A program made the translations under genes and the position numbers. A stretch of DNA of 64,000 bases, taken from Squalus acanthias. Its lineage: Eukaryota. How positions within the stretch are numbered: position 1 is the stretch's first letter; the number at the start of each line of letters is the position of its first letter. Shown here piece after piece: positions 1 through 12,858 of the stretch. The notes beneath the pieces were generated by a model that searched no databases, was not told where the DNA came from, and saw only the letters and a list, made by a program, of their open reading frames with translations. The DNA lies in the NCBI GenBank assembly GCA_030390025.1, contig CM059432.1, forward strand, positions 49,168,001 through 49,232,000, read 5' to 3'.

Positions 1-843
1 AAGTGGAGAGTATTCCATCACACTCTTGACTTGTGCCTTGTAGGTGGTGTAAAGGCTTTGAGGAGTCAGGAGGTGAGCCACTCGCCACAGAATACCGAGC
101 CTCTGACCTGCTCTTGTCACCACAGTATTTATGTGGCTGGTCCGGTTAAGTTTCTGGTCAATGGTGGCCCCCCCAGGATGTTGATGGTGTGGGATTCGAT
201 GATGGTAATGCCATTGAATGTCAAGGGAAGGTGGTTACACTCTCTCTTGCTGGGAGATGGTCTTTGCCTGGCATTTGTGTGGTGCGAATGTTACTTGCCA
301 CGTCATTATCTGAACACTGTGCAATCATCATTTCTGACCTTATGATGGAGGGAACTTCATTAGTGAAGCAGCTGAAGATGGTTGGGCCTAGGACACTGCC
401 CTGAGGAACTCCTGCAGCGATGTCCTGGGGCTGAGATAATGGGCCTCCAACAACCACAACCATCTTCCTTTGAGCTAGGTATGACTCCAGCCAGTGGAGA
501 GCTTTCCCCGTAATTCCCATTGACTTCAATTTTACCAGGGCTCCTTGGTGCCACACTCGGTCAAATGTAGCCTTGATGACAAGGGTAGTCACCCTCAACT
601 CACCACTGGAATTCAGCTCTTTTGTCCTGGCTGAAGATGGTTGTGAACACTTCAGCCTTGTCTTTTGCACTCGCGTGATGGGCTGCACCATTGTTGGGGA
701 TGGGGATGTTCATGGAGCCTCCTCCTGCTGTTAGTTGTTTATTTGTCCAACAACATTCACGACTGGATGTGACAGGACTTCAGAGCTTTGATCTGATCCG
801 ATGGTTGTGGGATCACTTAGCCCTGTCTATAGCATGCTGCTTT
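1..843 (-). mobile_element. Decayed non-LTR retrotransposon RT fragment (CR1/L2-group family, same family as 40290-41732 and 54625-55680)
   Basis: ORF 221..691(-) contains KATFDRVWHQGALVKL and AGVPQGSVLGPTIF RT motifs; near-collinear with 40582-41403. Confidence 0.9.
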
Positions 844-1914
844 TGCAGAATTCAAATAGCTTCTGTATTATTTTCATGTAAATAGACTTTATTCAATTAA
901 ACATTTTTAAGACTTCTTCGTCAGATAGCCTATTTCCTATGTATGTTACATGCTTCCAATATACAGTATTATATAATAAATGTAATACAGTCTCGCAGAT
1001 ATTTTAGCTCATTTACCATTTCTTGTATGTTTTGGATATTTGGTAGATGACTGTATCTGACCGCAACTACTCCCATCTTTTACCAGCAGCCAGGCTTTGT
1101 GTTTCTGCTAAGGTATATTGCACAAAGCCGTTTCAGATGATATTATACTTTCAAATTAAAACCTTCAAAAGGAATTTAACCTCTAACCCTTTCAACTGCA
1201 AGCTTACAAAGCTATTTTTCTAGTCACTGGACCGTGCTGCCAGTTGCATTTTCTTATTATCAAATTTGAGAAATCTTTCATTTCTATTTAAACATGAGTG
1301 CTATAGGTTGTTGTGATATGGAAAATTTATTTTGTGCTTCAGAAACTCCACCAACTCCCCATGAATCAGCCAGTGCCACAGCCTGACTAAAGCCATCTAA
1401 TTTGCTCCGAGTGAAAGTATCTGAGTTGATGTGTAAGCGTGAAAAAGCAAGCTATGCAAGGGGATGAGATCGTGAGGTTTGTGCCACGTAAACACAAGGT
1501 CGGATGTTGCTTCTGTGGTCCTTTCCTCAGCTTTCTGCTTCTGATCATGAAAAACTCAATCTTGCAAAATGTTCATCTGCTGCTCCTCCAGCCTGCTACT
1601 GCAATCTTCAGCCATTCTAGGCTTTGCGAAGACCGTGCCTGCAATTTCCATTCCTTCCAGCATAGTATTTCCATGTTACACAGGAGTTGTGCTCAGCCGT
1701 CACTGCTTATTCAAATTAGCTGACCCCATGATTTTCTGCGGTGTCAGCGCTGGAGAGGGTCATCATATGGTCAGGAATTTCCTCAGGGCTGCTCCTGCTC
1801 TGCCACTGTAACTTCACCATAAGTGCAGCGGAAACCCCATTTACGCATACAATAGGTATTTCCGCTACACCTACCTATCTGCCTCCCACACTTACAGTGG
1901 CAAACGGCAGCACA

Positions 1915-3450
1915 TATACCTAGAAATTCGACATCAGTAAACACCTGCCGATGCCACCATGGCCTGGTATTAATGGCCGCCAGAAATAATTGTACTGGCA
2001 GGACCAGTAAATTGGCGCTGGTGGCTAATTAACATTACTCCAGTGCTAAACTTAGCGTGCAATGCTGTTCTGGTGGCGTTAGTCCCGGCAGGAGGCCCCA
2101 ATGTAGCGCGGCCGTAGCGTCATTGCAACAAGAACAGCCTTCTCTTAAAGCAAGGCTGTCATTTTCAAAAGCAGTTGGTCCCTTTAAGTGGAACTGCATT
2201 CTGAAATGAAAAAATTAAAATCATGTAAATATATGCAGCTTTTAGCCCTTACAGCTAAACTGCGTTCTGAAAAAAAAATTCACCTTAAAAAGAATTCCCA
2301 AACTAACCCAAATGGCTCAGCAAGCCAGGGGAGGGGCACCAAGGTTCTCGCAGGCAGCACTCCAGCTTTGTGCAGGGGGTCAACAGTGCAAGAGAGGTCT
2401 TCTACCCACAGGGGCCAGGAGGCCCTCCAGAAAGAAGGAATTGGGACCAGATCACTGAGGCTGTCGCTGCCAGTAGTGTTGCCCCCAGTGCCCAAAGAAG
2501 CTTCATGATGTCAGACCACTGGTGAAGGTCAGTGAATGCATCTTCAAGAGCCGTCTCCAACCAAATGCACCACTAGCCTCAAACACTGCTCAATACACGA
2601 CTGCGCCCACGCACCCCCCCCCCCCCCAATCACTCACCTACCAACAATCTGTTCCAAACATGAGGCACACCTCCCATTCCTAGCTTCACCTCACCCCCTT
2701 GGAGGAGATGGTGCTGGCCATTCTTTTGGCTGAGCCCTTGGCCAGCGGCAAGGCTGAAAGGATACAAGATGCTGGTATCCTCATACGTTATCCTCTCGCA
2801 TGCACCTCTAGCTTTCCTGCCCTCCCCTCACCACAACTCCACCTTTGTGGCTTTCTCATTTCACACACCCAAGAAGGCAGCCCGCCCAGCCAGTGGGTGA
2901 CCAAAAAGAGGGAGAGGAGAGTAAAGAAGAGAAGCAACACTGTCACTCGATTTGACACTCCCAGCCACCAGCTCCTCAAGGTCAACGAGCAAGGCCATTT
3001 GCAGTGTCCCCCACTGAAAGTCAGCAGCCTTCCACCAGCCATGCTGCAGCCACTGGGGTAGCACTGTGTGACATCACTAGGATAGGCAAAGGCACACACA
3101 AGACAGTCACTAAGCGAATTCATAAGGGTGATGAGTTGATTTCTTGATGTCATATTGGTTAGATAGATGTATAAAGTTGGTTTGGAATGTTTGCTTTGTG
3201 GTGGCTTTTATTTCAGCATTGTGGCCAAGAGGATGCTGTGATGGTCAGTGACAGAGGGAAGGTAAGGTGTGGACAAATGTTGAAAGGGAAATTGGGGTTA
3301 TGGTCACTGGTACCACAGATGGATGATTCCATCCCGGATATCCCGGCCAGAAAGGGGCTGTCTGGGTTGCATCTTTCCTTCTGCTTTCTCCTCTTCTGCT
3401 TCCTCCTCATCTGCTTTCTCCTCTTCGTCTTCCTCTTCCCTCTGCGAGTG
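1915..3450. mobile_element. Decayed PIF/Harbinger transposon remnant (Myb-like gene pieces on +, transposase 3' end on -)
   Basis: QCPKKLHDVRPLVK followed by a GT donor near 2528; C-terminal QQPSTSHAAATG motif at 3022 shared with other Harbingers; acidic transposase-like tail at 3316-3440(-); ends approximate. Confidence 0.6.
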
Positions 3451-3459
3451 GATGCTGTA

Positions 3460-3590
3460 AATCTAAAATAAAAGCATAAATTGCTGGAAATACTCAGGTC
3501 AAGCGGCATCTCGACCTGAGATGTGAACTCTGTTTCTCTCTTCACCGATGCTGCCTGACCTGCTGAGTATTTCCAGCATTTTCTGTCTTC
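3460..3590. mobile_element. Inverted pair of Penelope-associated terminal repeat fragments (family B, hammerhead decayed)
   Basis: 3466-3510 is the imperfect reverse complement of 3547-3589; same sequence as 53550-53615. Confidence 0.7.
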
Positions 3591-3593
3591 TCA

Positions 3594-4190
3594 GAGGCCT
3601 TCCTACAACGTATGAACGGACACCGCGCAACAATCGCCAGGCAGGATTGTTGCCTCCCAGTCGGGGAACACTTCAGCAGTCAAGGGCATTCAGCCTCGGA
3701 TCTGCGGGTGAGCGTTCTCCAAGGCGGCCTTCGAGACACACGACAACGCAAAATCATCAAGCAGAAACTGATAGCCAAGTTCCGCACTCATGAGGACGGC
3801 CTCAATAGGGATATCGGGTTCATGTCACGCTACAGAACGTGACTTGACATCGTTGTCTGTCTTTCCAGTTTTTAAAAAACAAACACAAAAAACCCCCCAA
3901 AAAACAAACCCAAAAAAACAAAAAAGCACTGCAGACAGCAGGATTTGACACGTTGGACCCCCTGTGACACATCTCATTGTCTTGGCTGTGCTCTTGGTGT
4001 GTCTTTGATGTAAGGACACCTTCCCTGAAAGATTGCATCTCTGCAGTTTCTGTGTTTATATTCTGTGAACTTTTGTAGATTCACTCATTGTAACTTTACC
4101 TGAGGAAGGGGCGATAGCTCCGAAAGCTTATAATTTTAAATAAATCTGTTGGACTATAACTTGGTGTTGTGCGATTTCTCATTTTTTTCC
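3594..4190 (+). mobile_element. Penelope-like retroelement 3' end: GIY-YIG endonuclease C-terminus plus 3' pseudo-LTR with hammerhead motif (family A)
   Basis: ORF 3612..3842 MNGHR..LPVGEHFSSQGHS..KLIAKFRTHEDGLNRD resembles PLE GIY-YIG C-termini; downstream UTR matches 43364-43716. Confidence 0.88.
4096..4133 (+). ncRNA. Minimal type-I hammerhead ribozyme-like motif (stem I mismatch)
   Basis: ttac-CTGAGGA-A-GGGGC-gata-GCTCC-GAAA-GCTT-ataa. Confidence 0.6.
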
Positions 4191-4228
4191 ATCTGAGGCC
4201 TTGCAAGCGACAAGCAGCACTCCCTGCA

Positions 4229-4640
4229 CTCCCACTCCAGGGACTTGAGCACATAATAAAGCTAGGCTGACACTCCAGTGCAGTGCTGAGGGAGTGCTGC
4301 ACTGTTGGAGGTGCCATCTTTCAGATGAGACGTTAAACCGAGGCCCCATCTGCTCTCTCAGGTGGACGTAAAAGATCCCATGGCACTATTTCAAAGAAGA
4401 GCAGGGGAGCTATCCCTGGTGTCTTGGCCAATATTTATCCCTCAACCAACATAACAAAAAAACAGATTATCAGGTTATTATCACATTGCTGTTTGTGAGA
4501 GCTTGCTGTGCGCAGATTGGCTGCCGCGTTTCCCACATTACAACAGTGACTACACTTCAAAAATACTTCATTGGCTGTAAAGCGCTTTGAGACGTCCGGT
4601 GGTCATGAAAGGCGCTATATAAATACAAGTCTTTCTTTCA
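4229..4640 (+). mobile_element. DeuSINE (SacSINE1-like), 5'-truncated
   Basis: Deu-domain gatgagacgttaaaccgaggcccc...aaaagatcccatggcactattt; L2-like tail gcgctatataaatacaagt. Confidence 0.85.
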
Positions 4641-4734
4641 TTTAAAAACTTTTAACATTTATTGCACCAAGCCACTACTTCGATAAAATAAAAAAAATCC
4701 AGTCCAATAGCTTAAATGCAAACATACCTGAAAG

Positions 4735-5053
4735 ATGTCTGTGTCCCTTTAAGAAGTGCTGACAGCATCTCTGTCAGTCAGCTTTTCAGAGTGAGCTTAG
4801 GACCTAGCACTAAACTCAACGCTAAGGTCGAAGTTTGAAGAGCATGACGTTAAGTCGATGTTGCACACCGACTGACGTCACGCTCTCAATATTTGCATCT
4901 TCAGGGCCAGCGCTGCTATCGGCAGCTCTAAGGCCCTCACCAAAATGGCAGCCACCGAGTCCCACACCAGAGAAGTGCGTTAGAATGGCAGCCGCCATTA
5001 TTTGCCAGGATTGCGGCGCTAACTCGTGGCGATAAGATAGGGAATTTCTGGGC
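4735..5053. mobile_element. Partial GC-rich Harbinger-type MITE end
   Basis: GCGCTA/TAGCGC motifs and TIR-like end gggaatttctgggcc. Confidence 0.45.
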
Positions 5054-5099
5054 CATTCACTTTGTGGAGGATAGTTAGCAAGTTGCAGGAGGGAATACC

Positions 5100-7400
5100 T
5101 GGTCTAGCACAGAGCATGAGATAGCAGTATCAAGTGCTGGTGGAGTTAGAGAAGCTGCAGCATTTTGGCTGCAGGGCCATCTCAATTGCTGAGCTCTGAG
5201 ATTCAGATCTCACAGAACCTGCCTACAAATATAGCATCAGCAGTTCAAGTGGTCCTTCAAAAATGTGCCAAGTAATCTGCACAGTCTGGGAACCTCTTCA
5301 GAGCAGGCCACAACCTGCATCTGACCATGCTGCAGACCACCATGGAAAGCATTTCTACTCCATGCAGTTAGCTAAAGTCCAAAGTTCAGGCATAGCAACC
5401 ATAACAAATGGTCTGACTGAGGTAGAACTTAGGCTGCAAACCAAAGCAGCCCATCTTGTTTGGATTCACCTAACTATGCCAGGCAGCATACAGGCCCAGG
5501 CAGGCACTGCGGCAACACCTATGGTGCCTCTAGTTGCAAAGCTATCTACTGATCCAGCACAAGGAGGTACTGATACTAACTACAGGAAAACATTAGCATG
5601 GGACAGCCAACCAACTAACTTATTTCTCTAACTGGGGAAACATTCAGAAGAACCATCCCATGCACTGTCACAGAGGGGAAGCACAAGGGGAAAACATATT
5701 AAACAGATCTGCACTGTTCATTGTTAGTATGAATAAAACTTGATTCAACTGGTACTCTAATGTGTTGTGACAGGACTTGGGATGATGGAGATAATATAGT
5801 TGTTGGGAAATCCTACGTTATTTATTGGGTCTTCTTGACTAAGGCTTATGGCAATGGTAGGGATCCTGTTTTTTGCCAGGGCATTGGGCAAATGTACACT
5901 TGACTGTTGTGCATTGTATGGCACAGCACCTAAGATGTTGTTTATTGCAGCCTGCCTTAAGACTTCTTCTAAATGAATAACTGGCCTTCAGACATCTCTT
6001 CTGGTTTCTGATCAGGGTGCGTTTCTACCATTGGTTGAAGGTGATCCATTTCTACTCTATGATTTGTTGGGCAAAGTTGGATAAGGTGCAGCAGACAATA
6101 ATAATGTGGAATTCCTTGGTCTTATGTACAGGAAGGTTCTTCCTTGGGTTGAGGCATCTGAACCTTTGTTTCAGATTCTGACAGTCTAATGTAGCAAGAC
6201 CCTGATAGCTGTGTATGTCTCAATAGATCTTTCTTCAAATCTAGTCCGTGGATATGTGAAAGGGCTCATTTGCCAGAGCTCCAGTGTATAAGAACATAAG
6301 AAATCAGAGCAGGAGTAGGCCATACGGCCCCTCGAGCCTGCTCCGCTATTCAATAAGATCATGGTTGATTTTCTACATTTCTACATTAACTCCAATTTCC
6401 TGCCCTATCCCCATATCCCCCAAATCTATCAATCTCAATCTTGAATATACTCATCAACTGAGCATCCACAGCCCTCTGGGGTAGAGATTTCCAAAGATTC
6501 ACAACCCTCTGAGTGAAGAAATTTCTCCTCATCTCAGTCCTAAATGGCTGACCCCAAATCGTGAGACTATGACCCTTAGTTCTAGACTCAACAGCCATGG
6601 GAAACATCCTCCCTGCATCTACCCTATCAAGTCCTCTAAGAACTGTATACATTTCAATGAGATCAGGCCTCATTCTTCTAAACTCCAGATAATATAGGCC
6701 CATTCTACTCAATCTCTCCTCATTGGACAACCCTCTCATCCCAGGAATCAGTCTTAGTCCCCTGGCAACAATCCATTGGGAAAGCAATTAGGTTCCTGAC
6801 CTAAGTCAACAATGCATGTGTCACCTACATGATACAACAATGCACTGAAGGTTGGGAAATTCGTCTGATATCTCCTGCCATTGCTTGGAATGATCCAGTG
6901 GCATAAAGAATTCACATTTGTATTCATTTTCTCAGCCACTGACAGAACCGTTCCTGTCCCTAAATTGCATTTAAGATCTGGCTGCAGGAGACCATCTAAT
7001 CTTGTCACAGCCTTGCTGGTGAATCATTGTCTGCATATGCAGATCTCTTTATTGCATTGGCCTATATATACCGGTGGTGGCATATGGGCAGCTCCTTCTT
7101 GAACACCTTTACGTGACTCAATTGATCCTCCTCCTTCTCTGCCAGAGATAGAAAGATGCCCAGTGGGATATGCGTAGGTGCTTTGTAGACCCTGTATAAT
7201 TACGTTCCCTTTAATAGGACACGCACCTCGTCAACATATTTTTTGCCACTAAATGAAGCTAGAGCGTGCCTGATGTACAAGCCTTCAGTGCTAGAAGCTT
7301 TTCCACACCATATTATAGGACATTATGTACATAAGGTGCACAGCGGGTCTCAGCACCCGATAATACTGGTCACCACTACAGGTGGAAGGTGTTGCACTAC
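5100..7400 (-). pseudogene. Heavily decayed Harbinger element (transposase remnant ~5900-7110 on -, split by a CR1)
   Basis: Minus strand reads LLQPDL..LSVAEK, then after a frameshift FYATGSFQAMAGDIRRISQPSVHCCI, homologous to the transposase at 32148-33312. Confidence 0.7.
6286..6752 (-). mobile_element. CR1 LINE 3' fragment
   Basis: ORF 6386..6787 RLIPGMRGLSNEERL..RRNFFTQRVVNLW; CR1 3' tail ttcttatgttctta. Confidence 0.92.
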
Positions 7401-7432
7401 TGACCCCATAGTCAACATAGGTTCAGCTCACA

Positions 7433-8510
7433 CAACAACAACAACTTACATTTATATAGCACCTTTAATGTAGTAAAATGTCCCAAGGCACTTCACAGGA
7501 GCTTTATCAAACAAAATTTGACATTGAGCCACATACGAAGATATTAGGACAGATGACCAAAAGCTTGGTCAAAGAGGTAGGTTTTAAGGAGGATCTTAAA
7601 GGAGGAGAGAGATAGAGAGGCAGAAAGGTTTAGGGAGGGAATTCCAATGCTTAGGGCCCAGGCAGCTGAAGGATCAGCTGCCAATGGTGGAGTGATTAAA
7701 ATCGTGGATGCGCAAGAGGCCAGAACTGGAGGACACACAGACCACGGAGGGTTGTAGGCATTGTTCCCTCTAAATTTTTTTGGTGCCACGTCCGCGCATG
7801 AGCAGTATCTTAGAGGGAACAGCTTGTGAGCGGCCTGTGCACTAACTTCCTGATTGCTGCGCAGCTTAGAGGGAATATTGGTTGTAGGGCTGGAGGAGAT
7901 TACAGAGATAGGGAGGGGCGAGGCCATGGAGGGTTTTGAAAACAAGGATATAAATTTGAAAACTGAGGCGTTACTAGACTGGGAGCCAATGTAGGTCAGC
8001 GAGCAACAGGGGTGATGGGTGAACAGGACTTGGTGCGAGTTAGGATAAGGGCAGCAGAGTTTGGATGAGCTCAAGTTTATATAAGGTGGAAGCTCATCTC
8101 GGGGTCAAATACGACACCAAAGTTGCGAATGGTCTGGTTCAGCCTCAGACAGTTGCCAGTGAGAGGGATGGAGTCGGTGGCTAGGGAACGGAGAATGTGG
8201 CGGGGACAAAAGACAATGGCTTCGGTCTTCCCTAAATTTAGTTGGAGGAAATTTCTGCTCATTCAGTACTGGATGTCAGACAAGCAGTGTGACAAATCAG
8301 AGATAGTGGCGTGGTCGAGAGAGGTTGTGGTGAGGTAGAGCTGGGTGTCGTCAGCGTACATGTGGAACCTGACAATGTGTTTTCGGATGATGTTGCCCAG
8401 GGGCAGCATGTAGATGAGAAATAGGACTCCAGAGGGAATGGTGCGGGAGTGGGACGAGAAGCCATTGCAGGTGATTCACTGGCTATGACTGGATAGATAA
8501 GAATGGAACA
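7433..8510 (-). mobile_element. L2 LINE 3' fragment
   Basis: MSRNFLQLNLGKTE, FKILLKTYLFDQAF; tail gctatataaatgtaagttgttgttg. Confidence 0.9.
7759..7880. mobile_element. hAT-like MITE (122 bp) inserted in L2
   Basis: TIRs CATTGTTCCCTCTAA / CAATATTCCCTCTAA; 8-bp TSD GTTGTAGG at 7751-7758 and 7881-7888. Confidence 0.85.
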
Positions 8511-9286
8511 TTCATAAACACAAGTGTGAAGAAAGTGCAACATGGCTACATTTAATTTGATCTTCTCATCAATAAATAGGCTTAACTGCTGCTTCCCTGC
8601 AAATGCTGGAAGCCCAATGCCGAAGTTTTAAACCTATATCAGAAATTGGGAGCCTCTGTCTCTACCAAACAACTGTTTTGTGGTGCATTACTTTTTTTTT
8701 TCTCTATTTATTCTAAGGATGTGGACAGGGCTGGAAAAGTTGCATTTATTGCTTATTCCTAGTTGCTCCTGAGAAAGTGGTGATGGACCTTCTGTAATTG
8801 TTGCTTTTAGAACTGAGCAGCACTTTAGAGGGCATTAAGAGTCAACCATATAGTGTGGGACTGTTGTCAAATGTAGGCAAAACCAGGTAGAGGGGGTAGG
8901 CTCTCCTTCCTGAAGGACAGTGAACCAGTAAGATTTTTAAAGCAATCTGGCAACTTACATGATTTTTTTTTCTGGTGCCACCCCCCGAAATACCAGATTG
9001 AAAAATATATTAAATTTCACAGCTTGCAATGGTGGGAGTTGAACTCATGACCTGGGTTGTTTCCGGATATCGTTAGCGGACTGTGAAAGTTATTAACATC
9101 CATAAATTCCTGCCCTCCATTAAATGGTTAACCATTGTCAATAATAATCATCTGTAATAATGGTTTGACATAGATATGTTCTTGGCAAGTTTAGGACTGG
9201 TCAACTGAAGCACGAGGCCCAAAAATGCTTTTAGATTTTAACATTTTAGTCTATTTTTTGATGTTTTGTCAATTGTATCTCACAAA

Positions 9287-9830
9287 TACTGGCTGGCCTC
9301 CCACATTCCACCCTACGTAAACTTGAGGTCATCCAAAAACTCGCACCAAGTCCCGTTCGCCCATCACCCCTGTGCTCGCTGACCTACATTGGCTCCCGGT
9401 TAAGCCGCGCCTCGTTTTCAAAATTCTCATCCTTGTTTTCAAATCCCTCCATGGCCTCGCCCCTTCCTATCTCTGTAATCTCCTTCAGCCCCACAACCCC
9501 CCAAGATATCTGCACTCCTCTAACACTGCCCTCTTGAGCATCCCTGATTATGATCGCTCAACCTTTGGTGGCCGTGCTTTCTGTTGCCTAGGCCCTAAGC
9601 TCTGGAAATCCCTGCTTAAACCTCTCTGCCTCGCTACCTCTCTTTCCTCCTTTAAGACGCTCCTTAAAACCTACCTCTTTGACCAAGCTTTTGGTCACCT
9701 GCCCTAATTTATCCTTCTGTGGCTTGGTGTCAAATTTTTTTGTCTTAAAATACTCCTGTGCAGTGCCTTGGGACGTTTTACTATGTTAAAGGTGCTATAT
9801 AAATATAAATACAACTTGTTGTTGTTGTTA
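9287..9830 (+). mobile_element. L2 LINE 3' fragment
   Basis: ORF 9372..9707 LADLHWLPV..FKTLLKTYLF; (gtt)n tail. Confidence 0.92.
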
Positions 9831-9861
9831 TTATATAAAGCCTTCCCTCCTTGTCCCCTCA

Positions 9862-11460
9862 CCCATCTTCTTCTTAGGCAGTCCCTCAGAACCGAGGATG
9901 ACTTGCTTCCACACTAAAAATGAGTTCTGTGTGCTGTGAGGAGGATGCAGAGAAACTCCAGTATGATTTGGAAAGGTTGGGTGATTGGGCAGATGCAGTA
10001 TAATGTGGATAAATGCGAGGTTATCCACTTTGGTGGCAAAAACAGGAAGACAGATTATTATCTGAACAGCAATAGATTGGGAAAAGGGGAAGTGCAACGA
10101 GATCTGGGAGTCCTTGTGCACCAGTCGCTGAAGGTAAGCATGCAGGTGCAGCAGGCGGTTAAGAAGGCAAATGGTATGTTGGCCTTCATAGCGAGAGGAT
10201 TCGAGTACAGGAGCAAGGATGTTTTGTTGCAGTTGTACAAGGCCTTGGTGAGACCACACCTTGAGTATTGTGTGCAGTTTTGGTCGCCTTATCTGAGGAA
10301 GGATGTTCTTGCCATGGAGGGAGTGCAGCGAAGATTTACCAGACTGATACCTGAGATGGCAGGAATGATGTATGAAGAGAGATTGGGTCGAGTAGGCTTA
10401 TATTCGCTAGAGTTTAGAAGAATGAGAGGGGATCTCATTGAAACTTATAAAATTCTAACAGGACTAGACAGACTAGATGCAGGAAGGATGTTCCCGATGG
10501 CGGGGGAGTCCAGAACCAGAGGTCACAGTCTAAGGATAAGGGGTAAGCCATTTAGGACTGAGATGAGGAGGAATTTCTTCACCCAGAGAGTGGTGAACCT
10601 GTGGAATTCTCTACCACAGAAGGCAGTTGAGGCCAATTCATTAAATATATTCAAGAAGGAGATAGATATATTTCTTAAGGCTAAAGGGATCAAGGGATAT
10701 AGGGAGAAAGCAGAGACAGGGTACTGAATTTGGATGATCATCCATGATCTCATTAAATGGCGGAGCAGGCTCGAGGGGCTGAATGGCCTACTCCTGCTCC
10801 TATCTTCTATGCTTCTCAGGTGACTGATGAGTCCAATGCGGGACCTACAGTCTCTGTCACAGGTGGGGCCGACGGTGGTTGAAGGGGTGCTTGGGTTGAT
10901 GTGCGCTCCTTCCGCTGTTTGCGCTTGGCTTCCGCTTGCTCCCGGCGAAGAGACTCGAGGTGTTCGGCGTCTTCCCGGATGCTTCTCCTCCAGTGCGGTC
11001 TTGGGCCAGGGATTCCCAGGTGTCGGTGGGGATGTTGTACTTTTTCAAGGAGGCTTTGAGGGTGTCCTTGAAGCGTTTCCTCTGCCCACCTGGGGCTCTC
11101 TTGCCGTGTCGGAGGTCCGAGTAGAGCGCTTGTTTTGGGAGTCTCGTATCGGGCATGCGGACGATGTGGCCCGTCCATCGGAGCTGATTGAGCGTGGTCA
11201 AAGCTTCGATGCTGGGGATGTTGGCCTGAGCGAGAACACTGATGTTGGTGCGCCTATCCTGCCAATGGATTTGCAGGATCTTGCGGAGACAGCATTGGTG
11301 GTACCTCTCCAGTACTTTAAGGTGCCTGCTGTACATGGTCCATGTCTCTGAAGCATACAGGAGGGCGGGTATCACTACTGCTCTGTAGACCATGAGCTTG
11401 GTGCTGCGTTTGAGGTCCTGGTCTTCAAACACTCTCTTCCTCAGGCGACCGAAGGCTGCA
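9862..11460 (-). mobile_element. RTE-clade LINE 3' fragment, interrupted by CR1 at 9928-10816
   Basis: ORF 10857..11492 AAFGRL..LLYASETW..LRWTGHIVRMPDTRLPK..GGQRKRFKDTLK; 3' end with (aag)n tail at 9862-9927. Confidence 0.88.
9928..10816 (+). mobile_element. Young 5'-truncated CR1 LINE
   Basis: ORF 9936..10727 is a CR1 ORF2 C-terminus; nearly identical to 59574-60473. Confidence 0.95.
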
Positions 11461-12514
11461 TACTGCATACAAAGCTGAATACCGGAGATCATTTCTCCTA
11501 TGTATCTTCAAATTTGTCAAAAGATATAATTTCAGTAAATCAGCCTTCAATATTCAAATAAGGACTGATTAAATTGTTGTCATGACGGAATGATTGTGAA
11601 ATAAATTTTAAATGTCAGCTTGTGGAATCCTGCCCCCAAGCTGTGAGTCATCATATAGATATAATTGATTTAAAGGGTTAATAAAAGAAGAGAAATTAAT
11701 ATTTTAAAATCACAGATATCAAGAACCTTTGCAATGGAAACACTGCTATGAACTGTAACCATAAATTTCTAAACTAATTATCCAGCAGCAGACACAGCTG
11801 AATCATTCAAAGGGGTAATTAGCAATCAGAGATAATGAATAGTGCAACCATTCATTGTCATACAGTATTTAGCCTGGAGCAGCCTAAGGGAACCGAATCA
11901 TTTCCTATTCCTTTCTCCAGGCTTTGTTGGTACATTGAGCGCATCAGTCCGTTTTATTATTCCCCACAGTTTAATCCATCTACGGGTTGCCACACAATTT
12001 TGATCCCGTCTGTCAAGCTCATTTAGAACATTCACGGGCCATTTTCTAGTGCAAGTTGCTATACTGGCATTTAATTAAATAAAAATATGCATTTTTGTCC
12101 TTAGATTTATCCTGAATAATATTTGACTGCTGGGTAATGAAGAAAATGATCAGAATGGTTCCGAGTTTATTTTTGTAGCCTGTCAAGTTTCCGAAATTTT
12201 ATCTGGAAAATTCTGCTGAATGCAATGGGATTATAAAAATGTACTGGAGATATTTTTTTGTGACTGTGAGTGACAATCCTGGCAATCTTTGCATCTGTGA
12301 TCGTACTGGCTTACAACTTCTATTTGCCAATGGATAGTCCATCACCAGAGCACACATGGATAAGCGGGATAACAGTGGTTCATTGATTTTATATGTTCAG
12401 TTAATCCAATCCTCTTTGCTTACATGAAGAAAACCTTATGATCCCTTAGTTTAGGTTGATTATGAAAGCCATTATTCTCATGGATTTTTAAATACAATAT
12501 AAAATGAAACTTTC

Positions 12515-12858
12515 TAGATGCAGAGAGGATGTTACCCCTCATGGGGGAATCAAGAACTAGGGAGCATAATTTCAGAATAAGGGGGCACCCATTTAAAATG
12601 GAAATGAGGAGGAATTTCTTCTCTCAGAGGGTCGTGAATCTTTGGAATTCTCTTCCCGAGAGCTGTGGAGGCTGGGTCATTGAATATATTTAAGGTGAAG
12701 AAAGACAGATTTTTGAATGGTAAGGGAGTCAAGGGTTATGGGGAGCGGGCAGGGAAGTGGAGTTGAGGCTGAGATCAGATCAGCCATCATCTTATTGAAT
12801 GGCGGAGCAGGCTCGAGGGGCCAAATGACCTACTCCTGCTCCTACGTCTTATGTTCTT
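12515..12858 (+). mobile_element. CR1 LINE 3' fragment
   Basis: gaaatgaggaggaatttcttctctcagagg; tail cttatgttcttat. Confidence 0.88.
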
